Origin: Nitrososphaerota archaeon
GTDB taxonomy: Archaea > Thermoproteota > Nitrososphaeria > Nitrososphaerales > JACQRY01
Direction of reading: 5' to 3'
Length of the DNA stretch: 27,766 nt
Assembly (NCBI GenBank): GCA_016206275.1
Contig: JACQRY010000255.1
Coordinates: 1-27,766 of the forward strand
Shown here: piece by piece, positions 1 to 8,440 of the stretch
Position numbering within the stretch: the first letter of the stretch is position 1
How the letters are laid out: every line of letters starts with the position of its first letter
Notes under the pieces: model-generated
Told to the model about the DNA's origin: nothing
Seen by the model: the letters and a program-made list of their open reading frames with translations, nothing else
The model's database searches: none
Translations under genes and position numbers: made by a program

Positions 1-38
1 AGCCGGTGACGGCAGTTCGAATCTGCCCCGGGCTACCA
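1..38 (+). tRNA. 3' part of a tRNA, probably tRNA-Gln (truncated by window edge; anticodon not visible), CCA encoded
   Basis: Anticodon-stem 3' strand GCCGG, short variable loop TGAC, T-arm GGCAG-TTCGAAT-CTGCC, acceptor 3' strand CCGGGCT, discriminator A, CCA. The implied A1-U72 pair with an AGCCCGG 5' end is typical of archaeal tRNA-Gln (recalled). Confidence 0.75.
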
Positions 39-193
39 TTCCGCTACACCCAAGGCAAGAAATCACTAATCTTACCTCTGACATGAGCATTGGCAGAGTG
101 GATTAAGGACATGCTTAAGGGCCGTCCTGGCGGATCAAGAGTCGGCGAGTATGGCGAAGGCTAAGAACTGCCAAACACAAAAATAGGTTGGCC

Positions 194-221
194 CATTTTA
201 CCACAAAATGTCAGAATGGTA
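194..221. promoter_or_regulatory. Candidate autoregulatory operator upstream of the AbrB-type gene
   Basis: Palindrome CATTTT-accac-AAAATG (194-210) overlapping a second inverted pair TACCA (199-203)/TGGTA (217-221), just before the ATG at 225. Confidence 0.4.
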
Positions 222-224
222 TAG

Positions 225-491
225 ATGCGAGAGATAGTCGAAGTCGACAAATCTGGTAGGATAACTATTCCAAAGAGCCTGCGTAAGGAGCTCGCCATCG
301 GAGCCAGGACAAAGTTCATTCTCGCCAAGACAAGCCAAGGGCTGCTGCTACTTCAGAAGCTGGAGACTATGGAGATAGCTCAAAAGCTCGAAGAGGAACT
401 ATCTGGAAAGAACATCGACGGCATAGTAAAGCAAGTTAGGAAGGAGATCCGTGCAAAGATCAAGACCAGCTACCAAGACCTTCTTACTTGA
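225..491 (+). CDS. AbrB/MazE/SpoVT-family DNA-binding protein (antitoxin-like)
   Basis: N-terminal swapped-hairpin signature VDKSGRITIPKSLRKELAI; 88 aa. Confidence 0.85.
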   Translation: MREIVEVDKSGRITIPKSLRKELAIGARTKFILAKTSQGLLLLQKLETMEIAQKLEEELSGKNIDGIVKQVRKEIRAKIKTSYQDLLT

Positions 492-516
492 CACATTTTA
501 CATCGCTCTACGCTAG
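451..516 (+). pseudogene. Possible truncated PIN/VapC toxin N-terminus
   Basis: A GTG-started frame overlapping the AbrB 3' end reads (M)QRSRPATKTFLLDTFYIALR-stop. FLLDT resembles the first beta-strand and acidic residue of PIN domains. Confidence 0.3.
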
Positions 517-550
517 TTAAATAATCCAATGATATGTTGACCTTGTTAAG

Positions 551-1531
551 ATGAAAGCAAAGTTCGGCGTCTACGTCAACAATCGAGCACCTCTATACAT
601 ACCCGACTTCACCCCTCCAAAACTCATTCAGATTGCCACTGAAGCCGAAAAACTGGGCTTCCACTCCGTCTGGGTCGGCGACAGCGTCCTAGCTAAGCCT
701 CGCCTCGAACCCATGAGCGTCTTGTCAGCTATGGCCGCAGTCACTCAACATGTGAAACTAGGGACATCCATCTTCCAGCCCCATCTCAGGAACCCCGTAT
801 GGACAGCTCTAAGCTGGGCCAGCCTCGACCTACTCTCCTCCGGGCGAACAATATTGGGCGCAGGCATGGGAGGAGGCCCCAAGGGCGACATGGATAGAGA
901 AGCCTCCCTCTTCAATGTTCCACCAAAAGAACGAGCTCAGAAGATGGAGGAATGCATAATGCTTCTGAAGAAACTATGGTCACAAGAAGTTGTTAACCAC
1001 GCAGGGAAATACTACAATCTGTCAGGCCTATCGATGCACGTAAGGCCTTATCAGAAACCCCATCCGCCCGTATGGATAGCTGCTGGTGGCGGCGGAACCC
1101 TAAGTCTAAGACGCCAACCGTCTTCTCGGACTGAACGTTATGAACGAGTCGTCCGGGCAGGAGAAGGCTGGTTTATGGGCCCATCCACCCCCGAAGAGTA
1201 CGGTGAAGCTTGGCGGACAATCCAAGAGATATGTAAGTCCAGATATAGGTCTCCAGACACGGTAAGCAGGGCCCTAGAAACGTGGGCAAACGTTAATCGA
1301 AATATGGAGACCGCCGTCAACGAGGGAAGGCAACTGATGGAGGCCTATTACAGGGTTAAGTTCGACGAGAAGGTGCTTGACCGAATCTTCATGGGGACGC
1401 CCGGCGACTGTGTGAAAAAGATTGAGGAGTTCTTGTCCCATGGTCTTGAATATCTTGTACTGGTCTTCCACGGCAAGGATCAGTTTGCTCAACTGAAGCT
1501 TTTCGCTGAAGAGGTCCTGCCGAGCTTCTAG
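551..1531 (+). CDS. LLM-class flavin/F420-dependent oxidoreductase (luciferase-like)
   Basis: KFGVY start, AEKLGFHSVWVGD, GRTILGAGMG, PYQKPHPPVWIA; 326 aa TIM-barrel pattern. Confidence 0.9.
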   Translation: MKAKFGVYVNNRAPLYIPDFTPPKLIQIATEAEKLGFHSVWVGDSVLAKPRLEPMSVLSAMAAVTQHVKLGTSIFQPHLRNPVWTALSWASLDLLSSGRTILGAGMGGGPKGDMDREASLFNVPPKERAQKMEECIMLLKKLWSQEVVNHAGKYYNLSGLSMHVRPYQKPHPPVWIAAGGGGTLSLRRQPSSRTERYERVVRAGEGWFMGPSTPEEYGEAWRTIQEICKSRYRSPDTVSRALETWANVNRNMETAVNEGRQLMEAYYRVKFDEKVLDRIFMGTPGDCVKKIEEFLSHGLEYLVLVFHGKDQFAQLKLFAEEVLPSF

Positions 1532-1609
1532 AAGACATACGGTATCTAAATTGCTGGATACCTCCAATACTAGATGCTTTTATCGCACATATACGATAAT
1601 CCAATAGCC

Positions 1610-2227
1610 ATGCCTACTGGCAAACCATCGATCCTAGTCGTAGGAAACTACGCGAAGAACCCGTCCAGAGTTGTAGAGCTCTTCAAATCTGTGAAAGACA
1701 TCTTAGGAGCAGATCCAGCACTGGTATGGTACAAGGAAATCCAATACAGGGATGTTGACAGATTCGATGGTATGGTTCTCAGCGGCTCTGAAGCCATGCT
1801 TAGTCATCCTGATACTCAACGAGAATACTCACAGCTCATGGCTGTGCTCCGACGCTACAAAAAACCAATCTTAGGCATCTGTTACGGTCATCAACTGCTA
1901 GGCGCAGCCTTCGAAGGCCATGTAAAGCCCCTCGGCAAGAAGATCGAGGGCTTCCGCAAAGTCAAACTCCTCAGAAAGGACATATTATTCGAAGGCTTAC
2001 CAGATTCTTTTGACGCCGCTCAGTCCCACAGCGAGATCGTCGAATCAGTCATGCCCGGCTTCATACACTTAGCCGAAGCCGAGGAGTATCCTGTAGAAGC
2101 CTTCCGCCACAAGGATCAGCCGGTATACGGGGTTCAATTCCACCCCGAGCGGAGCAGCAAAGAACACCCCTTAGGCGTAAAGGTCCTGTCAAACTTCATC
2201 AGAATTGTGCAAGAAGCCAAGACTTGA
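1610..2227 (+). CDS. Class I glutamine amidotransferase domain protein (GMP synthase A-like / gamma-glutamyl hydrolase-like)
   Basis: LSGS, nucleophile elbow GICYGHQ and QFHPE give an intact Cys-His-Glu triad. Start moved from 1574 to ATG 1610 because a TATA-like TTTTAT lies at 1578-1583. Confidence 0.88.
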   Translation: MPTGKPSILVVGNYAKNPSRVVELFKSVKDILGADPALVWYKEIQYRDVDRFDGMVLSGSEAMLSHPDTQREYSQLMAVLRRYKKPILGICYGHQLLGAAFEGHVKPLGKKIEGFRKVKLLRKDILFEGLPDSFDAAQSHSEIVESVMPGFIHLAEAEEYPVEAFRHKDQPVYGVQFHPERSSKEHPLGVKVLSNFIRIVQEAKT

Positions 2228-2237
2228 CCATCGCATG

Positions 2238-3065
2238 TCAGCTAAAAGACGAGGCTATGTTCTTGGCGAACCACCTCACCCTCTTCACCAGCTCGCCCCG
2301 AGGATACTCAAATGCCGGCGAATAGTAGTCGCAGCCAGCCTTCCCATACCTCTCAATCTCCCTCGTAATCTTGTTCACATCTGTTGAAGCATTAGCGTCA
2401 CAGACATACTCCAACCTGCCTCTCCTGTTGTATCGCCTAGCCCACTCCTCTATCCTCTCCCTACGCCTCCCGTAGTCGCGGGCTGAAACCTTTATCGGAA
2501 TCCAGCCGTCCCCATACTCCGCAAGCATCCTCATCATATGTTCACCCCTCGTGCCGAACCATAGAGGCGGATGAGGCTTCTGAACAGGCTTCGGCTCCAC
2601 CACAGCCCCCTTAGCAGAATAAAACCTGCCTTCGAAATCCACTTTACCCTCAGACCACAGCTTCAAGACCAGATCCAACCCCTCCCTGGTCTTAGCCACC
2701 CTAGTCGCCCCATCATCCCAACTACTGAAGCCCCGGAACTCAGACCTGTTCCAACCAGCCCCCACACCCAGAATAACCCTCCCTGCTGACAGAACATCCA
2801 CCGTAGCCACAATCTTAGCCAAATGCGCCGGAGACCTAAAGGGAATAGGCGTAACACACGTCCCCAACCTGATCCTACTCGTCCGCCCAGCAAGAAACGC
2901 CAGCAAAGACCACGCCTCAAAAGTCCGCTTACTCCAAGGAAGAGCATAGTGATCCCAAACCAAGACATGATCAAAACCCTCCTCTTCAGCAGCCAAAGCC
3001 GCCTCCGAAAAGAGCTTAACGTCACAATACTCCCCGTAATTAGGAAGAATTATACCGAACTTCAA
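2238..3065 (-). CDS. LLM-class flavin/F420-dependent oxidoreductase
   Basis: MKFGIILP, AEEEGFDHVLVWDHY, GRVILGVGAGW, PKPVQKPHPPLWFG; TTG start. Confidence 0.92.
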   Translation of the reverse strand: MKFGIILPNYGEYCDVKLFSEAALAAEEEGFDHVLVWDHYALPWSKRTFEAWSLLAFLAGRTSRIRLGTCVTPIPFRSPAHLAKIVATVDVLSAGRVILGVGAGWNRSEFRGFSSWDDGATRVAKTREGLDLVLKLWSEGKVDFEGRFYSAKGAVVEPKPVQKPHPPLWFGTRGEHMMRMLAEYGDGWIPIKVSARDYGRRRERIEEWARRYNRRGRLEYVCDANASTDVNKITREIERYGKAGCDYYSPAFEYPRGELVKRVRWFAKNIASSFS

Positions 3066-3112
3066 GAGCCTCTTCCAAACTCAATCAGACTCCCATAACC
3101 CATCTACTTAAG

Positions 3113-3460
3113 CATAAAACAACGAGCCGACAAGAGAACCCCATTCAATCATCGCCTAGCTCCAAGAAAAGAATTGTCACCAAGAACCAAATTCATCAAC
3201 ACACAGTCAAACAACCATTATCCCCCAACAAATCCTCCAACACAACAACCAAAAACACTGATACTCTGTCATTCTATTTGAACCACCCCTATGATTAATT
3301 CCACACCGGAGCAAATTTATCAACCAACAAGAACCCTACTCCCCAAGCAGACCACCCCAAAACAACCAGAAAACCACGTCAACCACAACAAAACAACAAG
3401 AAACAAACCCCAAACCCATATGAACCCCCCTAGACCCCCCAAAACAAACAACAACACACA
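3113..3460. repeat. Low-complexity A/C-rich intergenic tract (CAA/AAC/CCC runs)
   Basis: About 350 bp between divergent genes with very few G or T on the + strand, e.g. aaccacaacaaaacaacaagaaacaaaccccaaaccc. Confidence 0.85.
3392..3433 (+). repeat. 42-bp dispersed repeat, copy A
   Basis: AACAACAAGAAACAAACCCCAAACCCATATGAACCCCCCTAG matches the reverse complement of 25313-25354 at 35/42 positions without gaps. Confidence 0.65.
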
Positions 3461-3844
3461 ATGAAGACCCTCCGCATCTCACGACAAGTCATAGACGGCC
3501 TACTCAGCTACGCCAAGAACTGTCACCCCAGAGAAGGCATACTCCTCCTCAGAGGCAAAAGAAAGAAAAACGAAGTAATCATCAAAGACCTCATCATACC
3601 CCCCTTCGCAGTACACGACTACCACTACTCCAGCTTCCCAACACACATGCTCCCCCTAGACCTCTCCATACTAGGCATAGCCCACTCGCACCCCTCAGGA
3701 TCACCCCACCCCTCACTCCAAGATCTCAACAACTTCTACGGAATCATAATGATCATAATGGGATACCCCTACGGAACAGAAGACGACATCCTAGCCTTCG
3801 ACCGAGAAGGAAACCAGCTACAATACACCATCTATCACGGTTAA
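3461..3844 (+). CDS. JAMM/MPN+ (Mov34/PAD-1) metalloprotease
   Basis: Upstream Glu (HPREGILLL) and JAMM motif HSHPSGSPHPSLQD (HxHx7Sx2D). Confidence 0.9.
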   Translation: MKTLRISRQVIDGLLSYAKNCHPREGILLLRGKRKKNEVIIKDLIIPPFAVHDYHYSSFPTHMLPLDLSILGIAHSHPSGSPHPSLQDLNNFYGIIMIIMGYPYGTEDDILAFDREGNQLQYTIYHG

Positions 3845-3900
3845 CCACGCAACCAGCCTTAATAGCGAGTCCAAGCAGCAACAGAAAAGCGAAGACACCT

Positions 3901-5091
3901 GTGCCCACCCTCAACCCAAGGCCAACAGACTACCAAATCAAGATAACACCCGAGCACGAAGCCGTAAGACAAGTAGCAAGGGAATTAGCCAAAAAAGAAA
4001 TCGAAGCAAAAGTCAAAGAAATCGAAAAGAACAACTCCATACCACCCGAAATCAACAAACGTCTAGCAGAAGCAGGATTCTTCGGCATAACCATCAGCGA
4101 AAAACACGGCGGCGCAGGAGGAGACGCCCTCATGCTCGCCCTCATAACCGAAGAAATCTCCAGAGTATGCCCAGCCTGCTCCACAATCCTCGGAGGAACC
4201 TTCCTAGTATCAGAACCCCTCCAAACACATGCAACCGAAGAGCAGAAACAGCGCTATCTACGCCCATTAGCAAAAGGAGAGAAGATAGGAGCCCACGCCA
4301 TGACCGAGCCTGCAGCCGGATCCGACGTAGCCGGCATCCAAACCAGCGCCAAACCAGTGGGCGACAAATGGACGATAAATGGGAGAAAGATCTTTATCAC
4401 CAACGGAGACAAAGCAGACATCTTCCTAGTATTCGCCAGAACCCAGCCTCCTCCTTCACCGGACAAGAGAATCCAAGGTATCACAGCCCTCATCGTCGAG
4501 AAAGGCACCGAAGGATTCACAGTAGGAGGCAAAATCAACACCATAGGCCTCAGAGGATCCCAGCCCTCAGAGCTAATATTCAACGACGCCAAAGTGCCTA
4601 AGGAAAACATACTAGGCCATGAAGGAGAAGGAGCCTACATAGCTCTCGAAACCTATGACAGAGCCAGAATCGGAGTCGCAGCTCAGGGCGTGGGCATAGC
4701 TCAAGCAGCCTACGAGCAGGCAGCCGCCTACGCTGCAAACCGAAAAGCCTTCGGAAACAGGCTCCTAGAGTTCCAACAAATCCAGTTCAAGCTGGCCGAG
4801 ATGGCTATGAACATACATGCCGCGAGGCTACTTACATACTGGGCCGCCAGCCTCAGAGACCAAGGCAAAGAGTTCGTCGAAGCAGCTTCCATGGCCAAGG
4901 TCTTCTCCACAGAAACCGCTGAAAAAGCCGCTTTAACAGCAATGATGATTCACGGAGGATACGGCGTATCAACAGAAGTTCCCGTAGAGAGGCTTCTCAG
5001 AGACTCACAGATCATCAAAACCTATGAGGGCACCAATGATATTCAACGGTTAACCATAGCAAGGAAGCTGATAAAAGAGCTCACAGGCTAA
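3901..5091 (+). CDS. Acyl-CoA dehydrogenase
   Basis: AMTEPAAGSD, INGRKIFITNG, RKAFG, IHGGYG, IKTYEGTNDIQR; GTG start. Confidence 0.95.
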   Translation: MPTLNPRPTDYQIKITPEHEAVRQVARELAKKEIEAKVKEIEKNNSIPPEINKRLAEAGFFGITISEKHGGAGGDALMLALITEEISRVCPACSTILGGTFLVSEPLQTHATEEQKQRYLRPLAKGEKIGAHAMTEPAAGSDVAGIQTSAKPVGDKWTINGRKIFITNGDKADIFLVFARTQPPPSPDKRIQGITALIVEKGTEGFTVGGKINTIGLRGSQPSELIFNDAKVPKENILGHEGEGAYIALETYDRARIGVAAQGVGIAQAAYEQAAAYAANRKAFGNRLLEFQQIQFKLAEMAMNIHAARLLTYWAASLRDQGKEFVEAASMAKVFSTETAEKAALTAMMIHGGYGVSTEVPVERLLRDSQIIKTYEGTNDIQRLTIARKLIKELTG

Positions 5092-5097
5092 ACCAAG

Positions 5098-5568
5098 TCA
5101 ACCACTATTCTTCCCTCTGGAACCTACAGCAGGAGCAAACTCATACCACACGTTACCCTCACGTGTACGCGCAGGTCTCAGGATAAGGCTCATGCCTATC
5201 CTCGCGACCTCCACACTAGTTCCAACGAGCCTGGCCAACACGTTAACACCTTCCTTCAATTTCCCTATCGCTATCAGGTAGGGTTCTTCTTCAGCAAAAC
5301 TCGCAGGCTTAATGTCGATACGGGTAACAGCTTGGAGGACTGCTTCCCCGCTAAGAGGCATCCACTCCATTTGCGATGATCGGCATTCTGAACAATCAGC
5401 CACAGGAGGAAAGAAGATGGCGCCGCATTTAGCGCAGCGCGTAGTGGTGAGCCTACCATTCTCTAACTCATCCCAGAACCTAGCAGTCTTAGCTATGGGT
5501 ATATGGTAGCGCAGGCGCAGCTCCCGAGCAGACTTAAAGGTTCGGGGCTGCTCAGGTTTCAGAGCCAT
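5098..5568 (-). CDS. Zn-ribbon/OB-fold DUF35-family protein (thiolase partner)
   Basis: CAKC...CSEC rubredoxin-like ribbon followed by OB-fold (PYLIAIGKLKEGVNVLARL); its ATG directly follows the thiolase stop (TAG ATG). Confidence 0.92.
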   Translation of the reverse strand: MALKPEQPRTFKSARELRLRYHIPIAKTARFWDELENGRLTTTRCAKCGAIFFPPVADCSECRSSQMEWMPLSGEAVLQAVTRIDIKPASFAEEEPYLIAIGKLKEGVNVLARLVGTSVEVARIGMSLILRPARTREGNVWYEFAPAVGSRGKNSG

Positions 5569-6729
5569 CTATTCACGTCCCAATATAGTGACATAACAAT
5601 AGTGCCCCGTGCCTCCAACGTTGTGGGCCAATCCCAACCCGTTCTTAATCGGAGCCTGCCTCTTACCCGCTTCTCCCCTTAGCTGCCTAGTGACTTCTGC
5701 GATCATCATACAGCCAGTAGCTCCAAGAGGATGACCCTTAGCCTTCAACCCTCCATCCAAGTTGATGGGTACGCGTCCCCCAATGTAGGTTTCCCCATCT
5801 TCAATCATTCTTCCTCCCGAGCCTTTCTCGCAGAAACCTAGATCCTCATACGCCAATATTTCCGCAATAGTGAAGCAGTCATGAACCTCGGCCACATCGA
5901 TATCTGTAGGGGAGACGCCTGCCCGCTCATAGGCCTGCTTAGAGGCTTGCATAGTCGCTCTGAGGCCAAGGTAATCAGGTCTCTTGCTGAGGTTAGCCGT
6001 ATCTGAAGCTGTTCCAATAGCTTTGACCCATACGGGTGTGTCAGTAAGCTTCTTGGCTGCTTGCTCAGAAGCAAGAATGATTGCTGCGGAACCGTCGCTT
6101 ACAGGGCAACAGCTGTAGACTCTAAGGGGCCAAGCTACGAAAGGCGACCCCAAAGCCTGCTCCAGCGTAATCTCCTTCTGGAAGTGAGCATAAGGATTCA
6201 TGGCTCCATACTTATGGTTCTTGACCGCTACCATCGCTAACTGCTCTTCTGTGGTTCCGTATTGAGCCATGTGGGCTGAAGCGTACAGCGCATAATAGCC
6301 CGCGAAGGTTATGCCAACATTCTCAAACTCCCATAGATAGTTTCCAGCCCTGCCGATCAACTCGATGGTTGTAGGAGTATCTACCTCAGTCATCTTCTCC
6401 ACCCCTATCGCCATAGCTATCTCCGATTCCCCGCTAGCAACGCTTTGATGGGCAACTTTAAAGGCCCCACTACCACTTGCGCAGGCAGCCTCACATCTAA
6501 CCAAACCCGTAGGATTCAGGCCGGCATACTCCGCAACCACAACAGCCGGCAGAGGCTCTTCATACCATGTTCCTACCGTTCCCACCGAGGCAAACCCGAT
6601 ATCTTTAGAGTCTACTCCAGCTTCATCCATAGCCGGCTTGACAGCTTCAAAAGCCAGCTCCGAAAGATTAGCATCGTCGCGGCGACCAAACCTAGAGCTT
6701 CCCACACCGACAACTGCTACTCTTCGCAA
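5569..6729 (-). CDS. Thiolase (acetyl-CoA C-acyltransferase, archaeal/SCP2-like type)
   Basis: CEAACASG (catalytic Cys), AEVHDCFT, KAKGHPLGATG, HNVGG; TTG start. Confidence 0.95.
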   Translation of the reverse strand: MRRVAVVGVGSSRFGRRDDANLSELAFEAVKPAMDEAGVDSKDIGFASVGTVGTWYEEPLPAVVVAEYAGLNPTGLVRCEAACASGSGAFKVAHQSVASGESEIAMAIGVEKMTEVDTPTTIELIGRAGNYLWEFENVGITFAGYYALYASAHMAQYGTTEEQLAMVAVKNHKYGAMNPYAHFQKEITLEQALGSPFVAWPLRVYSCCPVSDGSAAIILASEQAAKKLTDTPVWVKAIGTASDTANLSKRPDYLGLRATMQASKQAYERAGVSPTDIDVAEVHDCFTIAEILAYEDLGFCEKGSGGRMIEDGETYIGGRVPINLDGGLKAKGHPLGATGCMMIAEVTRQLRGEAGKRQAPIKNGLGLAHNVGGTGHYCYVTILGRE

Positions 6730-6868
6730 TACGTAAAATTTTGCATTCGTGCCTTACTTAAGGCTTGTCAAGTCCGTTAGGCAATGAATCTAACCGAGCG
6801 GTATTGTATATGCTGGGCGACACTAGAACACCCCTCTCAAACATCAATTCAACAAGACAGGAACACGA

Positions 6869-7534
6869 TTATCCTTCAGCTTCAGGAGGCACACCAATAC
6901 GAGCTACAACGATTTCACCAACATATTCGCCTGCCTTCAAAAGACCTGTCTTGGCCTTATGGAAGGTAACGGTTGCATGAGCCTTCACAGCAACATCATG
7001 AACCTCCCCAGTCAACGGGTCCACCCCAGAAGGCACGTCAACCGCAACTCTGTAGGCTGCAATATCATTGATCATCCTGATGGTCGACGCGAAAGGTTCT
7101 CTTAGCCGACCCTTAATGCCGGTGCCGAAGATCGCATCCACAATAATATCCGCAGTGGTTAGGGTTTCTTGGAGAACCCGCAGCTCAGCATCTCCATGCA
7201 TGATAATCAGCCTCACTGTCCTCTTCATCTGCTCCAACACCTTCCAATTCAACGACGCTTCCTTAGTTTTGAGCTCTGATGGCTGCCCAAGAAGTACCAC
7301 CGTCACACTTGCGCCTTCACCAGCTAGATGACGAGCACAGACAAAACCGTCGCCCCCATTATTTCCAAGACCAGCCACGACAACAACCTTACGGTTGCGA
7401 AGATCACCCTTCTTCTTCACAATGAATTCCGCAAGTCCCCTGCCAGCATTCTCCATAAGCAGCAGTCTTGAGACACCCATCTGTTCACTCCTCTCCTCAG
7501 CGATCCTCATCTGGTCTGGCGTGATAGTCTTCAA
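6869..7534 (-). CDS. nnrE: NAD(P)H-hydrate epimerase (stand-alone YjeF N-terminal domain)
   Basis: LMENAG, GLGNNGGDG, DAIFGTG, VDVPSG, TVTFH. Start moved to TTG 7534 (MKTITPDQMR) because the longer ORF overlaps the PAP2 gene. Confidence 0.9.
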   Translation of the reverse strand: MKTITPDQMRIAEERSEQMGVSRLLLMENAGRGLAEFIVKKKGDLRNRKVVVVAGLGNNGGDGFVCARHLAGEGASVTVVLLGQPSELKTKEASLNWKVLEQMKRTVRLIIMHGDAELRVLQETLTTADIIVDAIFGTGIKGRLREPFASTIRMINDIAAYRVAVDVPSGVDPLTGEVHDVAVKAHATVTFHKAKTGLLKAGEYVGEIVVARIGVPPEAEG

Positions 7535-7572
7535 ATCTGTTAAATGAAGAGGGCTCAGCAATAAAAAGAAAT

Positions 7573-8187
7573 TTACTTTGCCACCCGACTCCACACCTTC
7601 TCCATCCACGCTTCAAACCTCTGCAGCTGGAGGCTACGTACGACCAGACCTACCGCAATACCGGTGAAAGCTCCCACTACCGTATCTAACGGATAGTGTG
7701 CTCCAATGTACACCCTTGAAAAGGCCACCAATACTCCAAGCATAATTAGAGGCACCTGCCGCTTAACGTAAAACTTGCCTAGGACGATTGCAGCCATGAA
7801 GCTGCGTTCAGAATGCCCCGAAGGCATGCTGCCAGAGTCCTCAAGACCCAGCAGCCTTATGCCCGGAAGAGAGTCAGGAGGTCTAGGCCTACTTACAGCA
7901 AACTTAAACACGGTTGAAACGACTGTATCGATGATTAAGCCAACTAGCAGAAACGTGGCTGCTCCACGAGATTTGCGAAGCCGAAGAAACAACACAATTA
8001 GCAGCCAAAACGGAAGAGAACCTACCGCATCAATCAAGATTATTACGAAGATAGGAGTAGACTCGGATACACTGTTGACCGCCATCAGCACTGCTATGTC
8101 GTAGGATCGCAGAGCACGATAGAAAAGGGAGAGAATGATAGCCGGTAGTATCATCGCGATGCTTGCAAGAAGGTCTTTCGCTGGCAA
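7573..8187 (-). CDS. PAP2-family membrane phosphatase (lipid/polyprenyl pyrophosphate phosphatase-like)
   Basis: All three PAP2 motifs (KFAVSRPRP, PSGH, SRVYIGAHYPLD) plus several hydrophobic helices. Confidence 0.92.
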   Translation of the reverse strand: MPAKDLLASIAMILPAIILSLFYRALRSYDIAVLMAVNSVSESTPIFVIILIDAVGSLPFWLLIVLFLRLRKSRGAATFLLVGLIIDTVVSTVFKFAVSRPRPPDSLPGIRLLGLEDSGSMPSGHSERSFMAAIVLGKFYVKRQVPLIMLGVLVAFSRVYIGAHYPLDTVVGAFTGIAVGLVVRSLQLQRFEAWMEKVWSRVAK

Positions 8188-8440
8188 TGAGCTTACTCAC
8201 TTATCCATGTCTATAAGTGTCTGCTCATATAGAATTGTGACGCAATAATTCGGGAACCACTTAAAATGTCATTGACTCCTAGGATCCCGAACTAACACAA
8301 CAGAACAAAGTTCACTCGTGAATAAAGACCATATTTTCACAATGTACCTATGGCAAGGCTGCGTCGAACAATTCCAATCGAGTTTGACCCATGAAGCTAT
8401 TATAAGGAAGAAAAATGGCGTTAGTATATGACGCAAGGCC

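Noticed and set aside
90-164. 24-codon frame (L)AEWIKDMLKGRPGGSRVGEYGEG after the tRNA
   Set aside because: Possibly a gene remnant, but I cannot assign it to any family.
1-550. Integrated element at the tRNA-Gln or tRNA-Val 3' end
   Set aside because: No integrase, and I saw no duplicated tRNA 3' end (att site) elsewhere in the window.
2571-3098. ORFs 2571-2789(+), 2663-3025(-) and 2823-3098(+)
   Set aside because: Shadow frames of the LLM gene, kept open by extreme strand bias.
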